From Eledone cirrhosa (lineage: Eukaryota), in assembly GCA_964016885.1 (NCBI GenBank), contig OZ024758.1, forward strand, positions 7,874,001 through 7,938,000: a stretch of 64,000 bases of DNA. Reading direction: 5' to 3'. The notes below the pieces were generated by a model. The model saw nothing but the letters and a program-made list of their open reading frames with translations. It had not been told where the DNA came from and did not search any database. Below, in pieces: positions 53,401 to 64,000 of this stretch (position 1 is the stretch's first letter; each line of letters opens with the position of its first letter). The translations under genes were made by a program, and so were the position numbers.

Positions 53401-54293
53401 ATGTCCATTTTACAGTGTGGACTAGGTGCTTTTTGTCGTGACACCTACATGTCCATTTTACAGTGTGGACTAGGTGCTTTTTGTCGTGACACCTACATGT
53501 CCATTTTACAGTGTGGACTAGGTGCTTTTTGTCGTGACACCTACATGTCCATTTTACAGTGTGGACTAGGTGCATTTTGTCGTGACACCTACATGTCCAT
53601 TTTACAGTGTGAACTAGGTGCTTTTTGTCGTGACACCTACATGTCCATTTTACAGTGTGGACTAGGTGCATTTTGTCGTGACACCTACATGTCCATTTTA
53701 CAGTGTGGACTAGGTGCTTTTTGTCGTGACACCTACATGTCCATTTTACAGTGTGGACTAGGTGCATTTTGTCGTGACACCTACATGTCCATTTTACAGT
53801 GTGGACTAGGTGCTTTTTGTCGTGACACCTACATGTCCATTTTACAGTGTGGACTAGGTGCATTTTGTCGTGACACCTACATGTCCATTTTACAGTGTGG
53901 ACTAGGTGCTTTTTGTCGTGACACCTACATGTCCATTTTACAGTGTGGACTAGGTGCTTTTTGTCGTGACACCTACATGTCCATTTTACAGTGTGAACTA
54001 GGTGCTTTTTGTCGTGACACCTACATGTCCATTTTACAGTGTGGACTAGGTGCTTTTTGTCGTGACACCTACATGTCCATTTGACAGTGTGGACTAGGTG
54101 CATTTTGTCGTGACACCTACATGTCCATTTTACAGTGTGGACTGGGTGCTTTTTGTCGTGACACCTACATGTCCATTTTACAGTGTGGACTAGGTGCATT
54201 TTGTCGTGACACCTACACAACCACTTTACAGTGTGGACTAGGTGCTTTTTGTCGTGACACCTACATGTCCATTTTACAGAGTGGACTGGGTGC
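47423..54293. repeat. Large minisatellite, 48-bp unit, about 143 copies
   Basis: gtgc(t/a)ttttgtcgtgacacctacatgtccattttacagtgtg(g/a)act(g/a)g; one 1-bp insertion near 48451. Confidence 0.99.
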
Positions 54294-55169
54294 CAAATAG
54301 TAGGTTTGGAAACTAGAGAGAGTGCGGAGTGGGTAGTAATATAAAAAGGTATTGTGTTTATTTAACCCTTTTCATATCAAACCAACTGAAACCAGCCATC
54401 ACCTGATCTGACTTGTCTTACAACAGGACAACTCGTCTAACCCATGCTAGAGTGCAGTCTCTCAACTTGCTAGAAATAGTAGGAAACACCACCTGAAATC
54501 ATATGTTAGTTTGTTGTAAAAAGAAGGGAGTGGAGAATGTAGAAGTGTTTTCATGTTAGCTGTTACATAAAAATGAAGGTTGATACCTTCAATTTTATGT
54601 AAGAAAACTTTGTTAACTTAAGTTTCAAAAACCAGAGAAAGTTATTTAACTAAATCACTCCAAATTGTTACTTGCAAAATTATTTAAAAATCAAAAGCAA
54701 TGTCTTCCATTAGAAATATGGTAACAAAAGGGTGCCAGTTTAAAGTAGGAAGTCTGCTAATGTTCTGTGTTCTGAGGAATAAATGGTGGTTCTAAATTGC
54801 AAAAATATATATTAACTTTAAATATTCTATCTATCTTTGAATGTTATTAATGTGTTGGAAGATAATTCTTTGCTATCTTCTCCATTTGGAAGGATATCAC
54901 TTTAGTTTTAATTTCTTCAGAGTGATAGCTTTTGGGGGGAAAATAGTTAATTGGTTGAAAGTCAATTTTGCACATGTGATTTTCTGATGGAAGACACTTA
55001 TATGAGAAAAATCAAATAAATCAGTTGTCATGAAAGTATCAGATGTTACTGCCTGTCTTCACTTATGTTACTTCTATTCTGCAGGTTTTTGCTAGAATAA
55101 TAAAGTTAAGAGTGTTACATGTGAGCTCTGATTGAATCTTCTTTTATTCCAACTCTTTTATTTTATTTC

Positions 55170-55466
55170 TATAGTATATATGTATATATAGTTTATATAT
55201 ATATAAATGTATGTATAGTTTATATATGTATGTATAGTTTATATATATATAAATGTATGTATAGTATATATATGTATGTATAATATATATATATGTATAG
55301 TATATAAATATATGTGTGTATAGTATATATAAATATATATATATATATGTATATATATGTATAGTATATATTTATGTATGTATAGTATATATATATATAT
55401 ATATGTATGTATAGTGTATATATATATATATATATATATACATAATCATGCACACACATGCGCATT

Positions 55467-55504
<38 letters not shown>

Positions 55505-55522
55505 CATAATATATATATATAC
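55170..55522. repeat. (TA)n-rich microsatellite
   Basis: Read directly from the sequence. Confidence 0.9.
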
Positions 55523-56487
55523 TCATAAATCAAATACTTTGTCAATTTCCAGACATGTCTTTCAGAAATATTGCAATCGTTTCAAATGAACAGCACCCAT
55601 CACTCTTATTTTTCTTCTTCTAAACAGAATTAGTCAATTATGTTATCTCAAATAGAATGTATTACTTTTATACAAAAACCATTTTTAATACTCATACAAG
55701 TTTTTTTTTTCATAGGTTACCCAAATTAATGAATATTGCCTCTAACTTAGGGGTAACAATGGCTGAGTTGTTAAGGAGTTTTCTTTGCAATCACATGCTT
55801 TCAGGTTCAATCGCACTGCATAGAATCATAGATAGGTTATCTTCTATAGTCTTAAATTGATCAATGCTTTATGAGTGAAATTTGATAAATGGAAATTGGG
55901 TGGAACCCTATTGTGGGTGTGTGAGGGGGTGGGGGAAGGGCGTTTGTAATTCCCTGTAACTTAGTGGTTTGACAAAAAAAAAGATCAATAAAATAAGTAC
56001 CAAACTTCAAAGAAATTTGTACTGGGAGTCAATATCGTGGCCTAAATCCCTTCCACATGGTGTTTCAGTATGACTGCTGTCTTATAGATTGAAACTATGG
56101 AATATGTGACTAATAAATGCAAAGCAGGTTGGGTCCTTTTTCCTCCACACCTCTATTTTCTGAAAAAGGAGTCATTAGCAAGTTAGGTGGATATCAGATT
56201 GGTTGGAAACAAATGAAAAAAAAAAACTAGAAAAGAAAAGAAAAATTCCTACTGAAAAAATCTCCGAGGCTGGGAAAACCAAGGGTCCCCCTCCCCCATT
56301 CAGTTTTCGGAGAAAAAGTCAGCATGTGAGCATGTTGGAGATCAGATAAGCTGGAAACACATGAGAAGCCTTAATTATTACCAATTTTATTTGGTATTAT
56401 TAGCAGTCAATGTACAAACAAACTTACTTTTTATAGAAGTATTATAAAAGTAGCCAGACGTGGTTAGTATCCAGTTGTATTATCTTG

Positions 56488-56679
56488 GGCATGTCAAACT
56501 GAGGGTCTCCCGAGGACCACATGGGTCACATATGTGTTGTCTGAGGGCCACACATGACAACTAATTGTGCACATTACAACTAATTTTACTGAGATAAAAC
56601 ATACTTGCACTGTAAGAACCTTTGTGCGGGCTGCAGGTGAGCTTGTAAAGCGGTGCAGGCCACATGTTTCATATGCCTG
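56488..56679. mobile_element. hAT-type MITE
   Basis: ggcatgtcaaac ... gtttcatatgcctg ends; 8-mer atcttggg at both boundaries. Confidence 0.6.
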
Positions 56680-57668
56680 ATCTTGGGAATATTTAAGCTT
56701 GAAGTAGAAAGGGTACCTTTAAATTTTCTCTGTTATGAAATATGAAAAACAGTGGAACTTATGGAAAATATACTAATAAATAAATCTTCCTGGCCATCTT
56801 GAGTTCTTGTAATCTATTCACCACAATCAAATACTGTTCTTATTCTACCTACAGTATTATCTAGAAACATATTAACCTCATGTGTAATCTCTCTCTCAAC
56901 AATTTAATATTTTTCTTCTGCCCTGTTGCTTCTACACAATTGCAAATCTGATCTCTCACTCCATTGCAGCAAAAGAATCATAGCTAGGTTAATTACAAAA
57001 CAAAAGAGCAGCCACCATCAATGAATATACAAATCAGGTTTTTACTTGAATATTTTCTATTTACCTCATGTAGTTTTCTGTTCTATACTTTATCTTACGC
57101 TATTTATGACTGCTTTTACATTATTGCTGTTAAAAAAAAAAAAACATAGAATATGAAAGATCAAATAAGGTTTGATAAGAATTGTTAGAGATTTGCTATA
57201 ATTACTGACAAGATTCTACTATAATATTAGTGATGGATGGACATGAAACAGGTGAAGCCATTTTATAGCTCTACATGATGTGTAGTAAGTATAATCTCTA
57301 GTGAAGAAATATTGGATATTTTACAGATACATATAGACAACTAATAAAAGGTAAAAGAATCTAAATATTTGCAAGTTATATCATTGTTGAGAAAGTGTTT
57401 CCTATTGAAGTCAAAAGATCCAGGAAAGGGTTTAATTAAAAGTGGTATTCACTAGTAATTACAAAATTTGCAACGAAGGAGGAAGGGTAATTGTAATTAT
57501 AAATCATATGTAAAAAGCTTTATGCAGTTTTCTTCATGTGGCCACTATAATTGTGAAAGGGTATGAGATAAATATGAACAAGTTGTTTTATGTTTCATCT
57601 GTTTGGAGGTACCAGAGTTGGCTGAAAAGTTCATAGGCCGACTATGAAAGATTGATGCTAGAGCTGTA

Positions 57669-57910
57669 TCATCTTCTACGCTAGCATGGGTTGTACAGTT
57701 TTGTCCCACTTGAGGCGAGATTGGTCGGGAGACTATGTCTTACTCATACAGAAATGTCCCTGGCATGTTTTCTACAGCTGGATGCCCTTCCTAACACCAA
57801 CCACATTTACAGTGTGGACTGGGAGCCTTTTTACTGTGTCTCCTACACGACCACTTTACAGTTTGAACTGGGTGCTTTTTGTCGTGTCACCGACACAACC
57901 ACTTTACAGA
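57669..57910 (-). mobile_element. RTE-tailed SINE 3' part with 2-3 diverged 48-bp-type units
   Basis: ctacgctagcatggg...ggatgcccttcctaacaccaaccac, then tttacag three times at ~48-bp spacing. Confidence 0.85.
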
Positions 57911-58252
57911 GGAGGGAAATGGGAGGATGGAGTAGGGTGTGTGGGTGGGGTGTATATTGGGTTAAGAGGTTATTACTGACTGTAGGTTTAAGTTTGTATG
58001 CAAGGGAAGGCAGGTCTTCTGCACAACTGTATAGCACCAAAGTTCTCAATCCAGTGACATTGTTTTAGAGAGGTGTGAGTGAGCAAGGTCAGTTTTTATC
58101 ACCTCGTCCCAGGTGTTTTCTTGGTCTACCCACTCCGTAGCTTCCATCAAATTATCTTATGTTAAATTCAGTTTTAGTATTCTCCTTTGTTATTTGGTTG
58201 TTTTTGTTTGTTGGGAGGTGGACTAATCAACTGTACTTATAAACACAATATA

Positions 58253-58459
58253 AGAGGACTAACTGAAAAGTTCATAAGTTGACACTGAAGGAGTGATGCT
58301 GGAGCTGTGAAATCTTGCATGCATTAATTTCAACTCTTCTTTTTAATAACTGCATTGGGTTTTTTTTTTCTTTCCGGAGACTGTGTTGAAAAATAAACCT
58401 TATTTGGTAATTCCATGAGAGTCTCTTGGTCAGCCTATGAACTTCTCAGCTGACCTTCA
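58253..58459. mobile_element. Mariner-type MITE
   Basis: TA|agaggactaactgaaaagttcataag ... gtcagcctatgaacttctcagctgaccttca|TA. Confidence 0.8.
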
Positions 58460-58518
58460 TATGAGATATTATTTGAAGATTAGTACATTTACAACATTGG
58501 TAATAATGGCCTTTTTAA

Positions 58519-58726
58519 CCCGTTAGCATTTACATTACTCTATATTTACTATTATAATTTCATGGTAAAGGCTTTATCTCACATAATATCAAATCTATGA
58601 GATTTTGATATTATTTATTTTGAGAACAATACCGTAACATCAGTATGAGTGGCCAGTTACAGTTGGTTTGAACAGAAAGAGGTGAGAGAATCTTGGCCAG
58701 ATATGGCTGGTTTAAATGTTAAAGGG
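58519..58726. mobile_element. TTAA MITE, family A
   Basis: TTAA|cccgttagcattta ... taaatgttaaaggg|TTAA. Confidence 0.9.
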
Positions 58727-59467
58727 TTAAAATATATCCATGCCGTATGTTTCAAAAAGCTCAGCAATGCTATATAAATAAGGACTGATCTAAGCTAGTG
58801 CCATTCAAGAAACTATGACAACTTTTCAAATAAATACGATCAAAAGAACTTAGGTGAATTAATCCCTGTATCACAGTATTTGTTGTGATCACTGGGCTTG
58901 TTTTCTCAGCTTATAGCAAGACTGTGTCAGAAATGCTTTCATGTCAGATGCATGTTTATACAAATATGTATGTTATACATAGAATAGAATAGCTACAGTT
59001 TAATACTAGCATTTAGGTTTTATGTGATGGGACAAACTGTGTAATGTGTGTGTCTGTATGTATATGTGTAATATGTGTATGTATATATATGTGTAATGTA
59101 TGTATGTAATGAATGAACCCGTCTGTGTGTGTGTAATGTATATGTATGATTGTATGTAATGTATGAAGTATGTAATGCATGTATGTATGTGTAAAGTATG
59201 TAATTAATATATGTGTATGTACATAATGCATATATCTATGTAACATGTGTAATGTATGTATGTGTGTGTGTACATATTGTATTTAATATTCTTTGTTTAA
59301 AATTATTTTTTCGATGTATTTAAAACATAATTGTACTGAAATAAATTTCCTGTGGAATTCACTAGAAAAAAATCTCACCAGATATTATTGGTCCTAGCAT
59401 TTATAGTATATTGTATATTGTCCAAGACCTTTCAGTAGCATTCCTCCTGAAACTATATATATTTACC

Positions 59468-59607
59468 TATCATTTCTGAAGATGGCATGTATAGGTGAAG
59501 GTATGTATATCTCCTCTGATAATTTGTAAAAAATTTTTCACATAGATCTTTAACATGATATACATACCAACACACACATATATCCCAGAAACGATCGTAA
59601 AATGATG
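59468..59607 (+). ncRNA. Type I hammerhead ribozyme motif with extended stem II
   Basis: TATCATTT CTGAAGA(59476-59482) TGG...CCA GAAA(59588-59591) CGATCG TA AAATGATG; stem I atcattt/aaatgat; stem II includes ggtatgtatatc/gatatacatacc; predicted cleavage after A59599. Confidence 0.8.
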
Positions 59608-61684
59608 AATTTTTCAATATAAGGAACCTGTTCTTTGTTTTTATTTCATTGTTTTTATTAATTTATATTTACCTATTTATCTTAAAATTGAAGTATTGGT
59701 GTAAGGCTTACCTGTTGTGTTAGATACTGTAAATTAGTTGTATTGTTAAAGCATCAGGTAAAATGTCTTGTAGTATGTTGTTATTAGTAATTTAGTCCTT
59801 TACATTTTAAGTTCAAATCCCACTGAGATTCTACTGTAACTTTGATCCTTTTGGATTGGTAAAATATAGTACCAGTCAACTACTGGGGTCAACTTAATAT
59901 TCCTATAAGGCATCCTAGATCTGAATGGAATTATAATTGAAGTAAATGTCATTTATCCCTTTAGATACCAACCCAGCTTAAACTGGCTCTTGTTCTATAA
60001 AATAAAACCACCCATTTTAAAGGTTTCCAATTTAAATTAAAATCTTCCAAGATAATTTTATATAAGAACTTTATGTTAAGTTACTATCTTAGTAATGAAA
60101 TAATTAATAATTTTAGTGAATCCCTCAAAATTCTTCATTAATTAATTAAAATGAAGTGTATTTCATTAGAAATACAATCATGAAAGGATTAAAAGTTTTA
60201 CCATTCCTCACAGTCCACTAATGACTACAGTTGGACAATTAAAACTAGTAACCAGGTTACAAACTGGTGCCTTTAGGCATCAACTTGTAACCTGGTTACT
60301 CTATAATCAGCCATACAATTGCACTCACAATATGTAAAGTTTGTGGAATGGTTTTTACAGCTGACTATGCAAATTCCATTTGTAATTTTCAAGAGAAAAG
60401 GCTAACTCATTTGTAGAAACTTCTTAATCTCAACCAATTCTGTTCTTCCTCAGACATACTTAAAATATGAATAAAAATGCCATTTTAGACTGGATATCGG
60501 AACTGACTCAGTTTTTATTAATCCTTGTATTAAAAAAAAAGTATATTTCAATGGTTTGTAAAGTATTTAGCTACCAAGTACTAAGAAGAAAAACATAAAG
60601 ATTTATATCACATATCTAATTACCAACAATCTTTTTTTTCTATGGGATATTTCATTAAAATTGTTTCCTTAAGTGCAATTTGATATCTATTCTGTTAATT
60701 CTAATATAATGTAGTTTTTACTTGGGATCAACTGACTTAGTATTATTCCACTATTAGGCTTTGATGGTTTCATAGTTCTTTAAGTAAATTCCACTCAGTT
60801 ATTTTATCTCTACTTGTCACTACAATATTTCATATGAATTTTGAAGATCTATTAATATTATCACATTCATTTAAGCTTGTTCCGGTTTTAATTTTTGGAT
60901 AATATGACACAAAGTTAGCTAAGATGCATTTTTAACTCTCTTATTATCTCCTTCTTTAACTTTTTTCTGAAAATGTAAATTATTCTATATATTTGAATAT
61001 AAGCCAATCTATAAGCCCCCCCCCCCCCCCCCCACACACACATACACACACACTCATATTTTATGCCTGAGAAATGGGAAAATATCGAAACCTTGTTTAT
61101 AAGCCGAGCTAATCAACACATTATGTTGAGACAGCGCAGTTTTGAAATTATGATGAATAAAGAATATATTTATGAAGTTTTAATATTTTAATATTTGAAA
61201 TGTTTTAAGTGTCATTTAGAGTATAGCTTTTATCTCACAACCCCATTACGTAATGATTTTTAAAATCAATTTTCCAACCATTTTGAAAGTCATATTAATT
61301 CAAAACACATCAAAAACAATAGGAAATACGAATTTCACATTGAAAGTGAAACTGGTGTAATATTCACCTTCAAAGTGAAACTGGTGTAATATTCACCCTC
61401 AAAGTGAAACCAGTGTAATATTCACCTCCAAAGCAAATATTTTTTAGCATCTCATATACATAGAATTTAAAGTTGGTGACAATTGGCAAAATATTGACCT
61501 CAAATATAAGCCAGCCCCCACATTCTACTATCAATTATTGTTTTTGTCAGATATTTTTTGGTCTATACATAAGTATATAAGATATATCTAAAACCTCTCT
61601 GAATTCAGTGTGCTACTAATTCTTACTTTGCCAACTGCCAAAATACATTTGTATGTTAGATTTTATATATTCATAGCTTCTCAT

Positions 61685-61965
61685 ATTGCATGTGGTCTAG
61701 TGATTAGGGTGTTGGATTTATATCTTAATGGCAATGGCTTTGATTCTTGGATCAGGTTTTGCATTGTGTTCTTGAGCAAAAGGCTTCTTTTCACATTGCT
61801 CCAGTATACTCAGCTGAAAATGAATACCAGCAGTATCTAGGGGGTTAACCCTGCGGTGGACTAGTGTCCTGTCCAGTGGGGTGGGCGGAATTTTGTACTC
61901 CCAGTCACTTAATGCCAGACAAACCAGAATAAACACTGGCCTAATTGGTCTGTGGGCTTGAAACA
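61685..61965 (+). mobile_element. tRNA-derived SINE
   Basis: catgtggtctagtgattagggtgttgg...ttcttgagcaaaagg...ccagtatactcagctg. Confidence 0.8.
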
Positions 61966-62733
61966 GGCTTTAGACTTTATTTTATCATCATCATTGTTTT
62001 CACATCCACTTTTCCATGCTAGCATAAATTGGCTGAGACATTTTAGGTATATTTTAAGTATCGTACTTTTGGCCATTGATCTTAATTGAAACGTTAAGTT
62101 ATGAGAAATATTGTTTGTTCGAGACACAAAACAATTGTGTATCAGATGCAAACATGTATATAGGGACAAGACACTCAGACAGTTATACATGCATTGTGAT
62201 GGGCATCTACCAAATTTACTTTTATTTGTACTTGTGGCAAGGTTCACCCAGGGTGGGGTGAGCCAGCTCCATCGACGGATTCCACAGTGTAGATTCATTT
62301 CAATGGAGTTTCTTTGGTTGATTGGTTTCACAAGTGTTGCCTCGCTGCAAATATATGCACTTTAGGATAGTTCAATCCAAGTGTTGCATCAGTTATAGCG
62401 CTGAGCTCTCGCTTTCACACCCAACCCAATTTGGTGGAGCCAGTATTGTGTTGGGGACATATGGGAGGGAGTTTGACCAGCAGAGTTGATAAACACAACC
62501 TATTTGAGCCATTTTGTAGGCCAGTAAATTCTCTCTCAAAGTACTGGTTGACCCGAGGCTATATTAGAAAACTCTTGCCCAAGGTTCAATACTAATGAAA
62601 TTAAACCTGGAATCATGTCCTACTGGGCAGTATTATCTTATGTTAAATATAGTTTTAGTATTCTCCTTTGTTATTTAGTTGTTTTTGTTTGTGGGGAGGT
62701 GGACTAATCAACTGTACTTATAAACACAATATA

Positions 62734-62928
62734 AGAGGACCGACTGAAAAGTTCATAAGCTGGCTATGAAGGAGTGATGCTAGAGCTGTGAAATCTCGCA
62801 TGCATTAATTTCAACTCTTATTAATTACTGTAGTGTTTCTTTCCAGGGACTATGTTGAATAATAAACCTCATTTGATCATTCCATGAGAGTATCTTGGTC
62901 AGCTTATGAACCTTTCAACCAACCCTTG
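62734..62928. mobile_element. Mariner-type MITE
   Basis: TA|agaggaccgactgaaaagttcataagctgg ... gtcagcttatgaacctttcaaccaacccttg|TA. Confidence 0.8.
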
Positions 62929-62999
62929 TAACCAATGCTTGTATCAACCATAAACTAATTTCAACTTGTGAGGGGGCTAGTGCTACATATTTTTATGTA

Positions 63000-63983
63000 T
63001 TATAGTGGCCTATAGTTTTAGATAAAACCATTGCTCCTATTTATAGTGATCTACAGTTTTAGATAAGACCACTTTTCCTATTTATAGTGATCTACAGTTT
63101 TAGATAAGACCACTTCTCCTATTTATAGTGATCTACAGTTTTAGATAAGACCACTTCTCCTATTTATAGTGGTCTACAGTTTTAGATAAGACCACTTCTC
63201 CTATTTATAGTGATCTACAGTTTTAGATAAGACCACTTCTCCTATTTATAGTGGTCTACAGTTTTAGATAAGACCACTTCTCCTATTTATAGTGATCTAC
63301 AGTTTTAGATAAGACCACTGCTCCTATTTATAGTGATCTACAGTTTTAGATAAGACCACTGCTTCTATTTAGAGTGATCTACAGTTTTAGATAAGACCAC
63401 TTCTCCTATTTATAGTGATCTACAGTTTTAGATAAGACCACTGCTCCTATTTATAGTTGTCTACAGTTTTAGATAAGACCACTGCTTCTATTTATAGTTG
63501 TCTACAGTTTTAGATAAGACCACTTTTCCTATTTATAGTGATCTACAGTTTTAGATAAGACCACTTCTCCTATTTATAGTGATCTACAGTTTTAGATAAG
63601 ACCACTTTTCCTATTTATAGTGATCTACAGTTTTAGATAAGACCACTTCTCCTATTTATAGTGATCTACAGTTTTAGATAAGACCACTTCTCCTATTTAT
63701 AGTGGTCTACAGTTTTAGATAAGACCACTTCTCCTATTTATAGTGATCTACAGTTTTAGATAAGACCACTGCTCCTATTTATAGTGATCTACAGTTTTAG
63801 ATAAGACCACTGCTTCTATTTAGAGTGATCTACAGTTTTAGATAAGACCACTTCTCCTATTTATAGTGATCTACAGTTTTAGATAAGACCACTGCTCCTA
63901 TTTATAGTTGTCTACAGTTTTAGATAAGACCACTGCTCCTATTTATAGTGGTCTACAGTTTTAGATATGACCACTGCTCCTAT
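63000..63983. repeat. Minisatellite, 41-bp unit, about 24 copies
   Basis: tatttatagtgatctacagttttagataagaccacttctcc. Confidence 0.97.
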
Positions 63984-64000
63984 ACATGTTATTAATTTAT

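Noticed and set aside
47374-54220. Very long ORFs (up to 1938 aa) with 16-aa Cys/His-rich repeats
   Set aside because: Translations of a 48-bp SINE-derived unit, open on both strands, interrupted by a frameshift and stops, with no unique domain
62111-62365. CxxC..HC ORF as a zinc-finger gene
   Set aside because: No splice support; at best a decayed LINE C-terminal zinc motif, too weak to call

Overview
AT-rich, repeat-dominated eukaryotic DNA, most likely intronic or intergenic. The repeat repertoire (Nin/Deu-domain tRNA-SINEs, RTE-tailed SINEs, dense microsatellites) suggests an octopus or other coleoid cephalopod; this is inference from pattern recognition. No complete protein-coding gene is visible, and the long ORFs are translations of tandem repeats. 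One convincing small plus-strand exon lies at 33227-33284 and a weaker one at 1287-1330. The window holds many SINEs, RTE-LINE remnants, TTAA-, TA- and hAT-type MITEs and more than ten minisatellites, including a 6.9-kb array of a 48-bp unit. The strongest signals are: (1) two type I hammerhead ribozyme motifs (59468-59607 +, 12380-12460 -) in Penelope- or retrozyme-like contexts, both with a long stem II and the same C-C mismatch; (2) two related near-perfect palindromic elements inside (TA)n tracts; (3) one internal SINE segment that has seeded ~48-bp minisatellites at six loci.
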